A stretch of 64,000 nucleotides of DNA, from contig DASWWE010000011.1 of NCBI GenBank assembly GCA_036406055.1, positions 12,298-76,297 of the forward strand, read 5' to 3'. The notes below the pieces were generated by a model. That model saw only the letters and a list, made by a program, of their open reading frames with translations, was not told where the DNA came from and did not search any database. Within the stretch, counting starts at the first letter, position 1, and each line of letters opens with the position of its first letter. Made by a program: the position numbers and the translations under genes. This DNA is from Flavipsychrobacter sp. Lineage in GTDB: Bacteria; Bacteroidota; Bacteroidia; Chitinophagales; Chitinophagaceae. This document shows, piece after piece, positions 55,085 to 64,000 of the stretch.

Positions 55085-56626
55085 ATGAAACATCTATACA
55101 TTATTTGTTTGTTTCTACTCGCCGGATGTGTAAATACGGCTGTGGCACAGGCACCGTCCATTATCTGGCAAAACCTGCATGGCGGCTATGGTGTTGATGA
55201 TGCGCAGGATATCATCCGCACGCCTGATAAAGGTTACCTGGTAACAGGGTCTACTACATCAAACAATCTTTCCGGCTATAAAGGACTTACAGATGCGCTT
55301 GTTATAAAACTGGACAGCACCGGCTATTTGCCCGAATGGGTAAAATGTTATGGGGGCAGTAGTAGCGAGTATGCACACGAAGTATTGATGGATGATGGGA
55401 AATATATCATCATAGGCGAAACACATTCTACTGACGGGGATGTTACTAACAACAGGGGTGGTACTGATGTGTGGCTATTATGCCTTGATGCTTCGGGAAA
55501 TATCCTGTGGCAAAAAACCTATGGAGGCAGTGGTATGGAAACAGGGCAAAGCATTGCTAAAACGCCGGATGGCGGATATGTTTTTTGTGGTTATACCAGT
55601 TCCACAGATGGTGATGTTTCCGGCAATCATGGCAATACGGATACATGGGTTGTAAAAACAAATAATACAGGTACTATACAGTGGCAAAAATGCTTTGGCG
55701 GCACCAACTCTGAAGTAAACAGCAGGATAAAAGTTACATCGGATAGTGGCTATATCCTTTTGGTAAATACCTACTCTGATGATGGAGATATAAGTGGCAA
55801 TATAGGTAATGGCGATATATGGTTGGCAAAACTGGATAAATCGGGAAGCCTCACGTGGCAAAAATGTATTGGTGGCTCCGCTATGGATTATTCATACAAT
55901 ATAGCAACAACACAAGACAATGGGTTTATTGTAGCAAGTACTTCTGCCTCAAACGACACTAATATATCGGGCAATCATGGCCAGCTCGATAATTTGATAG
56001 TGAAACTGGATAGCAGCGGCCATATACAGTGGAAACGCTGTTATGGAGGGGGGCAGGATGATGGCATGCAGGATATACTGCAAACAAAAGATGGCACTTA
56101 TATCTGCGCAGGCTATACCAATTCCACGGATGGCGATATAATAAGCAAGCACGATACCACAGATTATTGGGTGATGGAACTGGATGCTTCCGGCAATATC
56201 CTATGGCAAAAATGTTTAGGTGGCAATAACAGGGATGTGGCTAAATGCCTGACACAGGATGAAACAGGGAACGTGGTAATTGGCGGCATGACCTTATCGC
56301 GCGATGGTGATTTAGGCACTGGCATCAATAGCGGCCAGGGAGATGCCTGGATTGTAAAACTGGGCAACCCTACAGCTATCGCCGCCCTGCAATCATCCTT
56401 GTGGAAGATATACCCTACCCACACCAATGGCAATGTGTATATAGAAGGTGGCAGCGCTCATGCCCATGTCTATGTATATAACCTTTTAGGACAACCCATC
56501 TCCTTTAGCCGGCAGCTTTCAGCGGGTGTTATTATCATAAACATCGGCAACAATACGCCCGGCCAATATTATATACGCATTACTGAAAACGGCCGCTCCC
56601 AAACACAAAAACTATTGCTGTACTAA
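55085..56626 (+). CDS. secreted seven-repeat (beta-propeller-like) protein with T9SS C-terminal sorting domain
   Basis: Signal peptide MKHLYIICLFLLAGCVNTAVAQ. Seven ~51-aa repeats each start W(Q/V/K)(K/N/R).(Y/F/I/L/H)GG and contain T.DGGY...G.T.S.DGD.....G..D.W..KLD..G. C-terminus KIYPTHTNGNVYIEG...YVYNLLGQPI...PGQYYIRITENGRSQTQKLLLY. Confidence 0.85.
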   Translation: MKHLYIICLFLLAGCVNTAVAQAPSIIWQNLHGGYGVDDAQDIIRTPDKGYLVTGSTTSNNLSGYKGLTDALVIKLDSTGYLPEWVKCYGGSSSEYAHEVLMDDGKYIIIGETHSTDGDVTNNRGGTDVWLLCLDASGNILWQKTYGGSGMETGQSIAKTPDGGYVFCGYTSSTDGDVSGNHGNTDTWVVKTNNTGTIQWQKCFGGTNSEVNSRIKVTSDSGYILLVNTYSDDGDISGNIGNGDIWLAKLDKSGSLTWQKCIGGSAMDYSYNIATTQDNGFIVASTSASNDTNISGNHGQLDNLIVKLDSSGHIQWKRCYGGGQDDGMQDILQTKDGTYICAGYTNSTDGDIISKHDTTDYWVMELDASGNILWQKCLGGNNRDVAKCLTQDETGNVVIGGMTLSRDGDLGTGINSGQGDAWIVKLGNPTAIAALQSSLWKIYPTHTNGNVYIEGGSAHAHVYVYNLLGQPISFSRQLSAGVIIINIGNNTPGQYYIRITENGRSQTQKLLLY

Positions 56627-56634
56627 TACCACCT

Positions 56635-57540
56635 TTACACATCATACGTCGTTCCCTCTACCGAAGCCGTTACATGAGGAAACACCAGTTTCGCTTCCTC
56701 TACAAAAGGTTCCAGGTCGCGGTATTTCGATGAATAGTGCCCCAACAGCAGCTGCTTTGTATTGGCCATCTTAGCTAGTTCCGCCGCTTGCCGTGCTGTG
56801 CTGTGAAACCTTGCCGCAGCTTTCTCTGCATCCTTCTCCAGGTAGGTGCATTCATGGTACACCGTATCAGCACCTTGTATATGCGGCAGAAAGCTATCGG
56901 TAAATAAGGTATCTGCACAGTAGGCATATTTCTTAGGTGGCAATCCTTCTGTTGTCACCCATTCATTTTTCACTACGGTGCCATCCTGCTTTTCATAATC
57001 CTCTCCTTGCTTCAGGCGGTCGTAGAAGTAGCGGGGTATCTCGTTCTCGCGGCATTTATCAGGCAGTATCTTGCGGCCTCTCGTTTTGCTTTCTATCAAA
57101 AAGCCGTGGCAGGGTATCCTATGCTCTACCGGAAAGCAGCTTACTGAAAAGTATTCGTTATCTACCAGCGTTTCTGCCACCCCCGGCGTCAGCGGGTGAA
57201 AATGGAAGGGGTAGGTAAGTACCGTTTCAGCTACGCCCTGTATCTGTTCTATAATAGGCCACAGTTCTGGCGGGGCATACAGGTGCAGGGGTGCTACCCT
57301 GCCCAGCAGGCTCATACTGTTTATCAATCCCGGCAGCCCAAAGTAGTGGTCGCCATGCATATGGCTGATGAATATATGCTGCATATTGCGCCAGCGTATA
57401 CCGTAGCGCTGCATTTGTATCTGTGTGGCTTCTCCGCAATCAAGTAATAGTACCTGCCCCCATACCTGCACAGCCTGTGCTGTGGGGTGCCTTCCAAAGG
57501 CCGGCAGGGCAGAGTTGTTTCCTAAAATAGTTACTTTCAT
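56635..57540 (-). CDS. rnz: ribonuclease Z (tRNA 3' endonuclease)
   Basis: MKVTILG.NSALPA..R...AQ.V......LLLDCGE.TQ.QM........I...FISHMHGDH.FGL.GL. MBL fold, 301 aa. Confidence 0.88.
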   Translation of the reverse strand: MKVTILGNNSALPAFGRHPTAQAVQVWGQVLLLDCGEATQIQMQRYGIRWRNMQHIFISHMHGDHYFGLPGLINSMSLLGRVAPLHLYAPPELWPIIEQIQGVAETVLTYPFHFHPLTPGVAETLVDNEYFSVSCFPVEHRIPCHGFLIESKTRGRKILPDKCRENEIPRYFYDRLKQGEDYEKQDGTVVKNEWVTTEGLPPKKYAYCADTLFTDSFLPHIQGADTVYHECTYLEKDAEKAAARFHSTARQAAELAKMANTKQLLLGHYSSKYRDLEPFVEEAKLVFPHVTASVEGTTYDV

Positions 57541-57579
57541 TCCTGTAGTTCATATAAGGGGCGTTGATACTGTCAGGCT

Positions 57580-57957
57580 TTAGTCATCTTCTTTAAAAAG
57601 GTCGCGTTCCAGTATCTCCATGTTTACAATATCTACGGCTTCCGCCATAGTCGGGGTAATATTCAGTACGGTATCCAGTTCTTCTTTCTTTAATGCCTCC
57701 AGCACTTCTTCATTCATGCCGGTAAATACCAACGATTGGCCTGCATTGTAGCAGTTCTCGTGCAATAACGTTAGTTCGTTGAATGACGCATTGTCTGCAT
57801 CCAGGCAGTTGTGCAGGTCAATTATGAAGTTGGCACTGCCGCTTTGTGTAAGTTCTTCCCACTTTTGGCTGAGGGCTGCTGTCAATTTAGCATCCAGGTG
57901 GTTAGAAACCGGGGTCAGCATAATAAAATTCGGTTTGGTATCAATTTTGAATTCCAT
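57580..57957 (-). CDS. STAS-domain protein (resembles an anti-sigma-factor antagonist)
   Basis: 125 aa. Pattern F.I......F.ML.P....LDA.L.......W........N.IIDL..C...D......L..LHE......QSLVFTG is consistent with the STAS fold. Tentative. Confidence 0.55.
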   Translation of the reverse strand: MEFKIDTKPNFIMLTPVSNHLDAKLTAALSQKWEELTQSGSANFIIDLHNCLDADNASFNELTLLHENCYNAGQSLVFTGMNEEVLEALKKEELDTVLNITPTMAEAVDIVNMEILERDLFKEDD

Positions 57958-58156
57958 TATCCAAACGTAGTTGTTTTAGTGTTTGTGCAAGCTGTTAAGT
58001 AACAATAAAAATAACATATCTGCGCTACAATTTCTTTCGTATATTTAATTACAGGCGAAAGGGCAGCAAAGTAAAAACTCAATACTGATATAGCAAAACC
58101 CAATACTGCGCTACTGTTGACAATATTTAATTTTACTAAAACCAAGGACGGATTTC

Positions 58157-60703
58157 ATGGATTCTAATTTCTCACCAAAAGTAAAAGAGATCATCTCTTA
58201 CAGCCGCGAGGAAGCTTTGCGCCTGGGAAATGATTTCATAGGCACCGAGCACCTGCTGCTGGGCCTCATTCGCGATGGTGAAGGGTTGGCTGTACGTGTG
58301 TTGCAGACCATGCAGGTAGACCTGTTTGATCTGCGTAAAGAACTGGAAGCGGCTATTAAGGACAAAGGCAACAAACCCCTCTCTAACATCAACAGCCTGC
58401 CACTTACCAAGCAGGCAGAAAAAGTCATTCGCATCACTGTGCTGGAAGCCAAGGCGCTGAAAAGCCCTACGGTGGAAACAGAGCACCTGATGCTATCCAT
58501 CCTCAAAAACAAAGAGAATGTAGCCACCCAGATATTGCATCAATACCAGGTTGATTACGAACGCTTTAAGGATGAGTTGGCCATACTGCAGGGCGATGCA
58601 CCACGTGCAGATTACAACGATCCCGGCGGCTCTGAAGAGTTTGAAGATGATGACGAACGCCGCCAGTTTCAGCAGCAACGCAGGCAGGCCGGCAATTCAA
58701 AATCGAAAACACCGGTATTGGACAACTTTGGCCGCGACATCACCAAAATGGCCGAATTGGGGAATCTTGACCCCATCGTAGGCCGCGAGGATGAAATTGA
58801 GCGCGTGTCTCAAATACTCTCGCGCCGTAAGAAAAACAACCCGATACTGATAGGCGAACCCGGTGTGGGTAAAACAGCCATCGTAGAAGGCCTGGCGCTA
58901 CGCATCGTGCAGCGCAAGGTATCGCGCGTATTGTTCGATAAGCGTGTGATAAGCCTCGACCTCGCCGCACTGGTAGCCGGTACCAAATACCGTGGCCAGT
59001 TTGAAGAGCGCATGAAGGCTATCATGAACGAGCTGGAAAAGAACCGTGATGTGATCCTCTTTATAGATGAGATACACACCATAGTAGGTGCCGGTGGCGC
59101 TTCAGGCTCGCTCGATGCTTCCAACATCTTCAAGCCTGCCCTTGCCCGTGGCGATCTGCAATGCATCGGTGCATCTACACTGGATGAATACCGTATGTAT
59201 ATCGAGAAAGACGGTGCGTTAGACCGCCGTTTCCAGAAGGTAATGGTAGACCCACCAAGCGTGGATGAAACCATCACCATCCTCAACAACATACGTGCTA
59301 AGTACGAAGAGTTCCACAATGTTACTTACGACCAGGAAGCCATTGAAGCCTGCGTAAAACTGAGCGACCGCTATATGACCGACCGCCTGCTGCCCGATAA
59401 GGCAATAGACGTGATGGACGAAGTAGGCGCCCGCGTACACTTGAAGAACATCAATGTGCCAGAGAACATACTGGAGCTGGAAAAAAAGATAGAAGACATT
59501 AAGCAGGAGAAGAATAAGGTGGTGAAAAGCCAGCGTTTTGAAGAAGCCGCAGCACTGCGCGATAAAGAAAAACGCCTGGGTGAAGAACTGGATAAAGCTA
59601 AAGCAGACTGGGAAGAAGAGGCGAAGCACAAACGCTTCCCGATACACGAAGAGCATATAGCCGAAGTAATAAGCATGATGACCGGCATACCGGTAATGCG
59701 TATGGTGGAAGCTGAAAGCGCCAAGCTGCGCCGCATGGGCGAAGACCTGCAGGGTGCAGTAGTAGGACAGGATGAAGCGATAGCCAAAGTGGTGAAAGCC
59801 ATTCAGCGCAACCGTGTAGGTCTTAAAGACCCACGCAAGCCAATTGGTTCCTTCATCTTCCTGGGTCCTACCGGTGTAGGTAAAACGGAGCTGGCACGTG
59901 CACTGGCACGCTACATGTTCGATAGTGATGATGCACTGATACGCGTGGATATGAGTGAGTATATGGAAAAATTCTCGCTCAGCCGCCTGATAGGTGCGCC
60001 TCCGGGATACGTAGGTTATGAAGAAGGTGGACAGCTGACTGAAAAAGTGCGCCGCAAGCCATATAGCGTAGTACTGCTGGATGAAATTGAGAAAGCGCAC
60101 CCGGATATATTCAATATCCTGTTGCAGGTGCTGGATGACGGGCAGCTTACCGATGGCCTGGGCCGTAAGGTAGACTTTAAGAATACGCTCATCATCATGA
60201 CATCAAACATCGGTGTGCGTCAGCTGAAAGATTTTGGTGCAGGTGTAGGTTTTGCTACCGCTACCAAAGTGGAAAATGCAGACGAGCTGAGCAAAGGTGT
60301 GATAGAAAAAGCGTTGAAGCGTACCTTCTCGCCTGAGTTCCTCAACCGTATTGATGATGTGATCATCTTCAATTCACTGGATGAGAATCATATCGGCCAA
60401 ATCATCGACATCATTATGAAAGATGTGATGAAACGCCTGAACAACCTGGGCTTCTCGCTGGAACTTACTACCGAGGCGAAGAAATTCATAGCTGAAAAAG
60501 GCTACGACCAGCAGTTTGGTGCACGTCCGCTGCACAGGGCCATACAGAAATACCTGGAAGACCCGCTTGCAGAAGAAATGCTGAACCACCGTATAAAAGA
60601 AGGTGATACTGTGAAAGCCGATTATAGTGAAGAAGAGAAAAAGATCATCTTCAATATAGACCATCCTGCAAAAAAGGAAGAGTCTAAACCGGCAGCTGAA
60701 TAA
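58157..60703 (+). CDS. clpC: ATP-dependent Clp protease ATP-binding subunit ClpC
   Basis: Clp_N repeats ([26 protein letters not shown]). Two AAA modules ([32 protein letters not shown]). UVR-like [12 protein letters not shown] linker. 848 aa. Confidence 0.92.
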   Translation: MDSNFSPKVKEIISYSREEALRLGNDFIGTEHLLLGLIRDGEGLAVRVLQTMQVDLFDLRKELEAAIKDKGNKPLSNINSLPLTKQAEKVIRITVLEAKALKSPTVETEHLMLSILKNKENVATQILHQYQVDYERFKDELAILQGDAPRADYNDPGGSEEFEDDDERRQFQQQRRQAGNSKSKTPVLDNFGRDITKMAELGNLDPIVGREDEIERVSQILSRRKKNNPILIGEPGVGKTAIVEGLALRIVQRKVSRVLFDKRVISLDLAALVAGTKYRGQFEERMKAIMNELEKNRDVILFIDEIHTIVGAGGASGSLDASNIFKPALARGDLQCIGASTLDEYRMYIEKDGALDRRFQKVMVDPPSVDETITILNNIRAKYEEFHNVTYDQEAIEACVKLSDRYMTDRLLPDKAIDVMDEVGARVHLKNINVPENILELEKKIEDIKQEKNKVVKSQRFEEAAALRDKEKRLGEELDKAKADWEEEAKHKRFPIHEEHIAEVISMMTGIPVMRMVEAESAKLRRMGEDLQGAVVGQDEAIAKVVKAIQRNRVGLKDPRKPIGSFIFLGPTGVGKTELARALARYMFDSDDALIRVDMSEYMEKFSLSRLIGAPPGYVGYEEGGQLTEKVRRKPYSVVLLDEIEKAHPDIFNILLQVLDDGQLTDGLGRKVDFKNTLIIMTSNIGVRQLKDFGAGVGFATATKVENADELSKGVIEKALKRTFSPEFLNRIDDVIIFNSLDENHIGQIIDIIMKDVMKRLNNLGFSLELTTEAKKFIAEKGYDQQFGARPLHRAIQKYLEDPLAEEMLNHRIKEGDTVKADYSEEEKKIIFNIDHPAKKEESKPAAE

Positions 60704-60725
60704 TTTTCTCAGATGTTTTGAAATA

Positions 60726-60764
60726 TAAAAGCGGGCGATATCTATTTATCGCCCGCTTTCTTTT
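60726..60764 (+). terminator. rho-independent terminator (copy A of a duplicated hairpin)
   Basis: TAAAAGCGGGCGATAtctattTATCGCCCGCTTTCTTTTAT. Confidence 0.8.
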
Positions 60765-60775
60765 ATATTGCCCAT

Positions 60776-61360
60776 GTGCAACGATACATCGACCCTAAAG
60801 AAGGCTTACCGCTTATCCCTTTGACTGAAACTGAAAAGGAGCATCTTGAAACAATATATTATTCACGCAGAAGAATATTTGCAATCGTCTTCTCTATCAT
60901 ATTTGCATGGGGATTCATCGGCATTTTTTCAACAACAGGTGAAAAGATGAAGCACTTATACAAGCGCACCAGGAATGGTCAGCTTGTAAAAAATGAAAGC
61001 TATGATTACGAAATTTTCGGCCATGACCTTACCGATACAGAAACATATTGGCTGGTCAGGATACCTGTCCTTATTCCGGCTATTATTGCCGGTGGCATTT
61101 TATTTAAAAAGCGTATCTATTCCTATAAACGTGATTTAGACTTGGGTCAAAAGGAAGTAGTCACTTACACCATCATTCGCAAATCGTATTTTGAAACAAC
61201 CGGGCAATACTACTTTAGTTTCGATAACCCCAATTATATGCATTATGAAGTGGATGCCCCATTGTATCATTCCATGAATGAAGGCGATAGCATCTCTATT
61301 TACAGGGGCAAGTATTCAAAGCATGTTTTTGAAAAAGATGCACGTTTTACCTTAATGTAA
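60776..61360 (+). CDS. orphan two-TM membrane protein (194 aa), AT-rich
   Basis: GTG start in the track. TM segments IFAIVFSIIFAWGFIGIF and IPVLIPAIIAGGILF. Two 60-nt lines I counted are 30-32% G+C, against 53% for a clpC line. Confidence 0.55.
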   Translation: MQRYIDPKEGLPLIPLTETEKEHLETIYYSRRRIFAIVFSIIFAWGFIGIFSTTGEKMKHLYKRTRNGQLVKNESYDYEIFGHDLTDTETYWLVRIPVLIPAIIAGGILFKKRIYSYKRDLDLGQKEVVTYTIIRKSYFETTGQYYFSFDNPNYMHYEVDAPLYHSMNEGDSISIYRGKYSKHVFEKDARFTLM

Positions 61361-61392
61361 AAGCGGGCGATGTGATATCGCCCGCTTTCTTT
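61358..61392. terminator. bidirectional terminator (copy B of the duplicated hairpin)
   Basis: TAAAAGCGGGCGATgtgatATCGCCCGCTTTCTTTAT. Confidence 0.8.
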
Positions 61393-61843
61393 ATCCTTCA
61401 AATGCTTTTTCTAACGCTGCGATGTCCAGCTTCCGCATCTGCCTTAGTGCCGTAGCAACGCTTTGCACTTTCTGAGGATCTTTGTCACCCATCATACGGC
61501 CCAGTGCAGTAGGCACTACCTGCCACGAGAGGCCAAATTTATCTTGCAGCCAGCCGCACATATCTTCCCTGCCACCACCTTCTAGTAATTTGGACCAATA
61601 ATAGTCTATCTCTTCCTGCGTATCGCAGCTGATGAAAAAAGATATAGCCGGTGTGAATTTAAACTGCGGCCCGCCATTCAATGCATAGAAGGCTTGTCCC
61701 TCTATTTCAAATGTGCCAGAAAATACCTGGTCGCCCATTTTGTTGATGCTGTGAACGGTTACATTTTTGAATACCGATTGATAGAACGAAATGGCATCCT
61801 GTAGGTTATTGTCAAACCAAAGGAATGGTGTGATCTTTTGCAT
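61391..61843 (-). CDS. VOC (glyoxalase/PhnB-like, 3-demethylubiquinone-9 3-methyltransferase-domain) family protein
   Basis: MQKITPFLWFDNNLQDAISFYQSVFKN..V......G........F.I.GQ.F.ALNGGP.FKF..AISF.I.C..Q.E.D.YW.KL..GG....CGWL.DKFG.SWQV.P. Confidence 0.85.
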   Translation of the reverse strand: MQKITPFLWFDNNLQDAISFYQSVFKNVTVHSINKMGDQVFSGTFEIEGQAFYALNGGPQFKFTPAISFFISCDTQEEIDYYWSKLLEGGGREDMCGWLQDKFGLSWQVVPTALGRMMGDKDPQKVQSVATALRQMRKLDIAALEKAFEG

Positions 61844-61965
61844 AGCTTTTGTTTTTAGTGATGTTATTTGTTTTAAAGTTTACAATACAAAAGTAACAGC
61901 ACATAATAGGGCACATCGCGTGTAAGTGCGACAAAAACGGGTGTGTTTATGACACGTAGTAGGGA

Positions 61966-62511
61966 TTAGTTCCTTGCATTAACCTGCCTTGTAAACAGCA
62001 GCAGGTAGGCAATGACGAATAGTATAGAAGTAGCGGCCGATGCCAGTATCTTCAGCAGCAGGTAGCCTATATTGCCTACGCTCCATATCTCTATGGTGAA
62101 GTACACAATATGGTGCAGCAGTATCAGGAAAGAGCTATATACCAGGAAGGGCACCCAACCCATATTCTTCACCCCAGGGCTTTGGTTAGGATATTCTGAA
62201 AGGTGTTTCGGCAGCAAGGCATGCAGCACATTGGTGCGCAGGTATGCTATCAGCACGGTAGCACAGGCATGCACACCGGCCGTGTTCATAAACGAGTCTA
62301 CAGTAAGGCCCAGCACAAAACCCAATGCCAGCAGCAGCCATACCGGTGTTTCAAAAGGCAGCAATAATATAAAGAGCGGGTATATCAGCGGTACAAATAC
62401 CGGGAAACCTGCAGGCGCGCTCCACCAGCGCAGGCTTATTTCATCCAGCACCAATACCTGTAGGGCTACTATCAGGCAAAAACGCAGAAAGTTTCTCAGG
62501 TATATGCTCAT
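61966..62511 (-). CDS. mreD: rod shape-determining protein MreD
   Basis: Hydrophobic ~180-aa protein with 5-6 TM segments, immediately downstream of mreC. Its start overlaps the mreC stop by one nucleotide, at 62511. Confidence 0.75.
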   Translation of the reverse strand: MSIYLRNFLRFCLIVALQVLVLDEISLRWWSAPAGFPVFVPLIYPLFILLLPFETPVWLLLALGFVLGLTVDSFMNTAGVHACATVLIAYLRTNVLHALLPKHLSEYPNQSPGVKNMGWVPFLVYSSFLILLHHIVYFTIEIWSVGNIGYLLLKILASAATSILFVIAYLLLFTRQVNARN

Positions 62512-63368
62512 TACTTCGCTTTTATTGAATCTTCTAATTGCATACGCTCCGGCATCATCTTGTTCTCCACTACATATACATACTGCATATTGCGGAAGTT
62601 GGTGCTGGGGCGCAGGTATAATAGCTGCAGGTTATTTTTCTTCAGGTAGGCTACTTTAAATATCCTGCCTATCAGTATGTTTTGCGGGAAGAAGGAATAG
62701 CTGGTTGTAAATACAGAATCTCCTTTCTTCACTTTTATTTGTTGCGGCACATCTTTCAGCACCAGCACATCGGCCTTTTCACCATCCCACTCTATGTAGC
62801 CGGTAGTGCCGTCTTTCAGTTTCGCACTTACTTTTTGTTTTACGCTCAGCACACTCAGCACACTGGCAAAGTGTTTCGATACATGCTCTACACGGCCCAC
62901 AATGCCACTGCCCGATATCACGGCCATGTTCTTGGTAATGCCATCATCGGTACCACGGTTAATGGTGATGTAATTGTTGGCAGAACTTACAGAGTTGTTT
63001 ATCACCTTCGCGGTATGGTAGGTATAGTCTGCATACTGCACCAGTTTCACATTGGTGTCTTTGCTGGGTATCGCTATGCGCACACTGCTATCGGCTAGTG
63101 TGTCATAGGTCTCTGTTTTTTGCGATAGCATCAGGCGCAGGCGTGCATTTTCATTCAGCAGGCTATCATTCATACGCTTCAGGCCGAAGTAGTATTTCAC
63201 ATCACTCTGCTTTTGGTATAGCAAGCCTATGGCTGTGTTGGCAGAGCTCATTATATCATTGCCCTGCATCGTATTCGTGCGCGCTATCAGCACAATGCAT
63301 ATGATCTCTAATACCAGGAACAGTATCAGGTTGAAAAACCTTCGTATGAAGAGGATGAAATTGCGCAC
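62511..63368 (-). CDS. mreC: rod shape-determining protein MreC
   Basis: N-terminal TM, coiled coil (LLNENARLRL), then beta-rich domains with GI.KNMAVISGSGIVGRV and G...TSY.S..FP..I.IG. Confidence 0.85.
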   Translation of the reverse strand: MRNFILFIRRFFNLILFLVLEIICIVLIARTNTMQGNDIMSSANTAIGLLYQKQSDVKYYFGLKRMNDSLLNENARLRLMLSQKTETYDTLADSSVRIAIPSKDTNVKLVQYADYTYHTAKVINNSVSSANNYITINRGTDDGITKNMAVISGSGIVGRVEHVSKHFASVLSVLSVKQKVSAKLKDGTTGYIEWDGEKADVLVLKDVPQQIKVKKGDSVFTTSYSFFPQNILIGRIFKVAYLKKNNLQLLYLRPSTNFRNMQYVYVVENKMMPERMQLEDSIKAK

Positions 63369-63468
63369 GTATCTATATTACTATTAGCAATTGGGAATTA
63401 AGAATCCGTAAAGCGAAACATGTATCAAATTACAAACTCCTAATTCCCAATGCCGGAAAAAATAAATA

Positions 63469-64000
63469 TTACTTCATTAAGAAAGGCTGCATCTTAGAGA
63501 TGTTCTTCAGTGCCATACCCGTACCGCGTACTACTGCGCGCAGCGGGTCTTCAGCTACATGTACAGGCAGCTTTATCTTGTGCGATATGCGCTTGTCCAG
63601 GCCACGCAGCAAGGCACCGCCACCGGTCAGGTACAGGCCACGGCGATAGATATCGGCAGCCAGTTCAGGCGGTGTGCTTTCCAGTGCTTTCAATATCGCT
63701 TCTTCTATTTTGAAGATAGATTTATCCAGTGCTTCCGCTACTTCCTGGTACGATACCATGATTTGTTTAGGTATGCCGGTTACCAGGTCACGGCCATTCA
63801 CAGCTATATCATCCGGTGGCGTATCCAGCTCTTTCAGTGCGCTACCTACTTGTATCTTTATTTGCTCTGCAGTACGCTCACCTATCATCAGGCTATGGTA
63901 GCGGCGCATGGCTTCCATAATATCGCCGGTAAATTCATCACCTGCTATACGTATAGACTGGTCGCATACAATACCGGCCAGTGCTATTACAGATATACCG
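63469..64000 (-). CDS. mreB: rod shape-determining protein MreB (C-terminal part; gene continues past the right edge)
   Basis: ..IGERTAEQIKIQVGSA.......I.V.GRDL.TG.PK......EV.EAL......I.EA....LE.TPPEL.ADI..RG..LTGGGALLRGLD..IS......V.VAEDPL.AVV.GTG. The open frame continues to the window edge. Confidence 0.9.
   Translation of the reverse strand, partial: GISVIALAGIVCDQSIRIAGDEFTGDIMEAMRRYHSLMIGERTAEQIKIQVGSALKELDTPPDDIAVNGRDLVTGIPKQIMVSYQEVAEALDKSIFKIEEAILKALESTPPELAADIYRRGLYLTGGGALLRGLDKRISHKIKLPVHVAEDPLRAVVRGTGMALKNISKMQPFLMK

Noticed and set aside
57958-58156. CAATACTG direct repeat (x2) and AT-rich leader upstream of clpC, as a possible heat-shock operator.
   Set aside because: It is only an 8-nt repeat occurring twice, with no palindrome resembling CIRCE or CtsR boxes. 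That is too weak to call.
1-64000. CRISPR arrays, IS elements or transposases, integrases, rRNA genes, prophage genes.
   Set aside because: I found no regularly spaced identical repeats of 25-40 nt, no transposase or integrase-like ORFs, and no rRNA-like sequence. The only RNA gene I can support is tRNA-His.

Overview
This 64 kb window looks like a chromosomal segment of a Bacteroidota genome, possibly Chitinophagia or Sphingobacteriia; that placement is inference from gene content only. Four secreted proteins carry T9SS C-terminal sorting domains. There are TonB-dependent receptors, a type III glutamine synthetase, and TAnnTTTG-type -7 promoter boxes close to start codons. Most of the window is densely packed housekeeping DNA: moxR (partial), a TPP-riboswitch-controlled TonB receptor, a CstB-like persulfide dioxygenase-rhodanese, fused isobutyryl-CoA mutase IcmF, dGTPase, queA, nadC, lipid kinase, an LpxL-type acyltransferase, beta-carbonic anhydrase, an FAH-family hydrolase, yciH, a transketolase C-terminal subunit, dcd, a PPTase, glnN, scoAB, arfB, dps, purN, rnz, clpC and mreBCD (mreB partial). 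There is one tRNA-His(GTG). I saw no rRNA, CRISPR array, transposase or integrase. The stretches worth a second look are small. (1) A roughly 2 kb accessory gap at 29.8-31.8 kb holds an AT-rich solitary HNH_2 nuclease, an orphan protein, a phased TGTTGTG repeat array and a possible 42-aa membrane peptide. (2) An AT-rich orphan membrane-protein gene is bracketed by two copies of the same terminator hairpin (60.7-61.4 kb). (3) A dense AGCTAAT/ATTAGCT motif array lies between dcd and the PPTase gene. (4) A DUF3127 OB-fold protein has an SSB-like disordered linker and a DDLPF tip. (5) A promoter-plus-terminator unit without an ORF lies at 52.2-52.4 kb and is a candidate sRNA. (6) A histidine kinase without a sensor domain has an ORF that reads into tRNA-His. 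I cannot claim a clearly novel multi-gene system from sequence reading alone.
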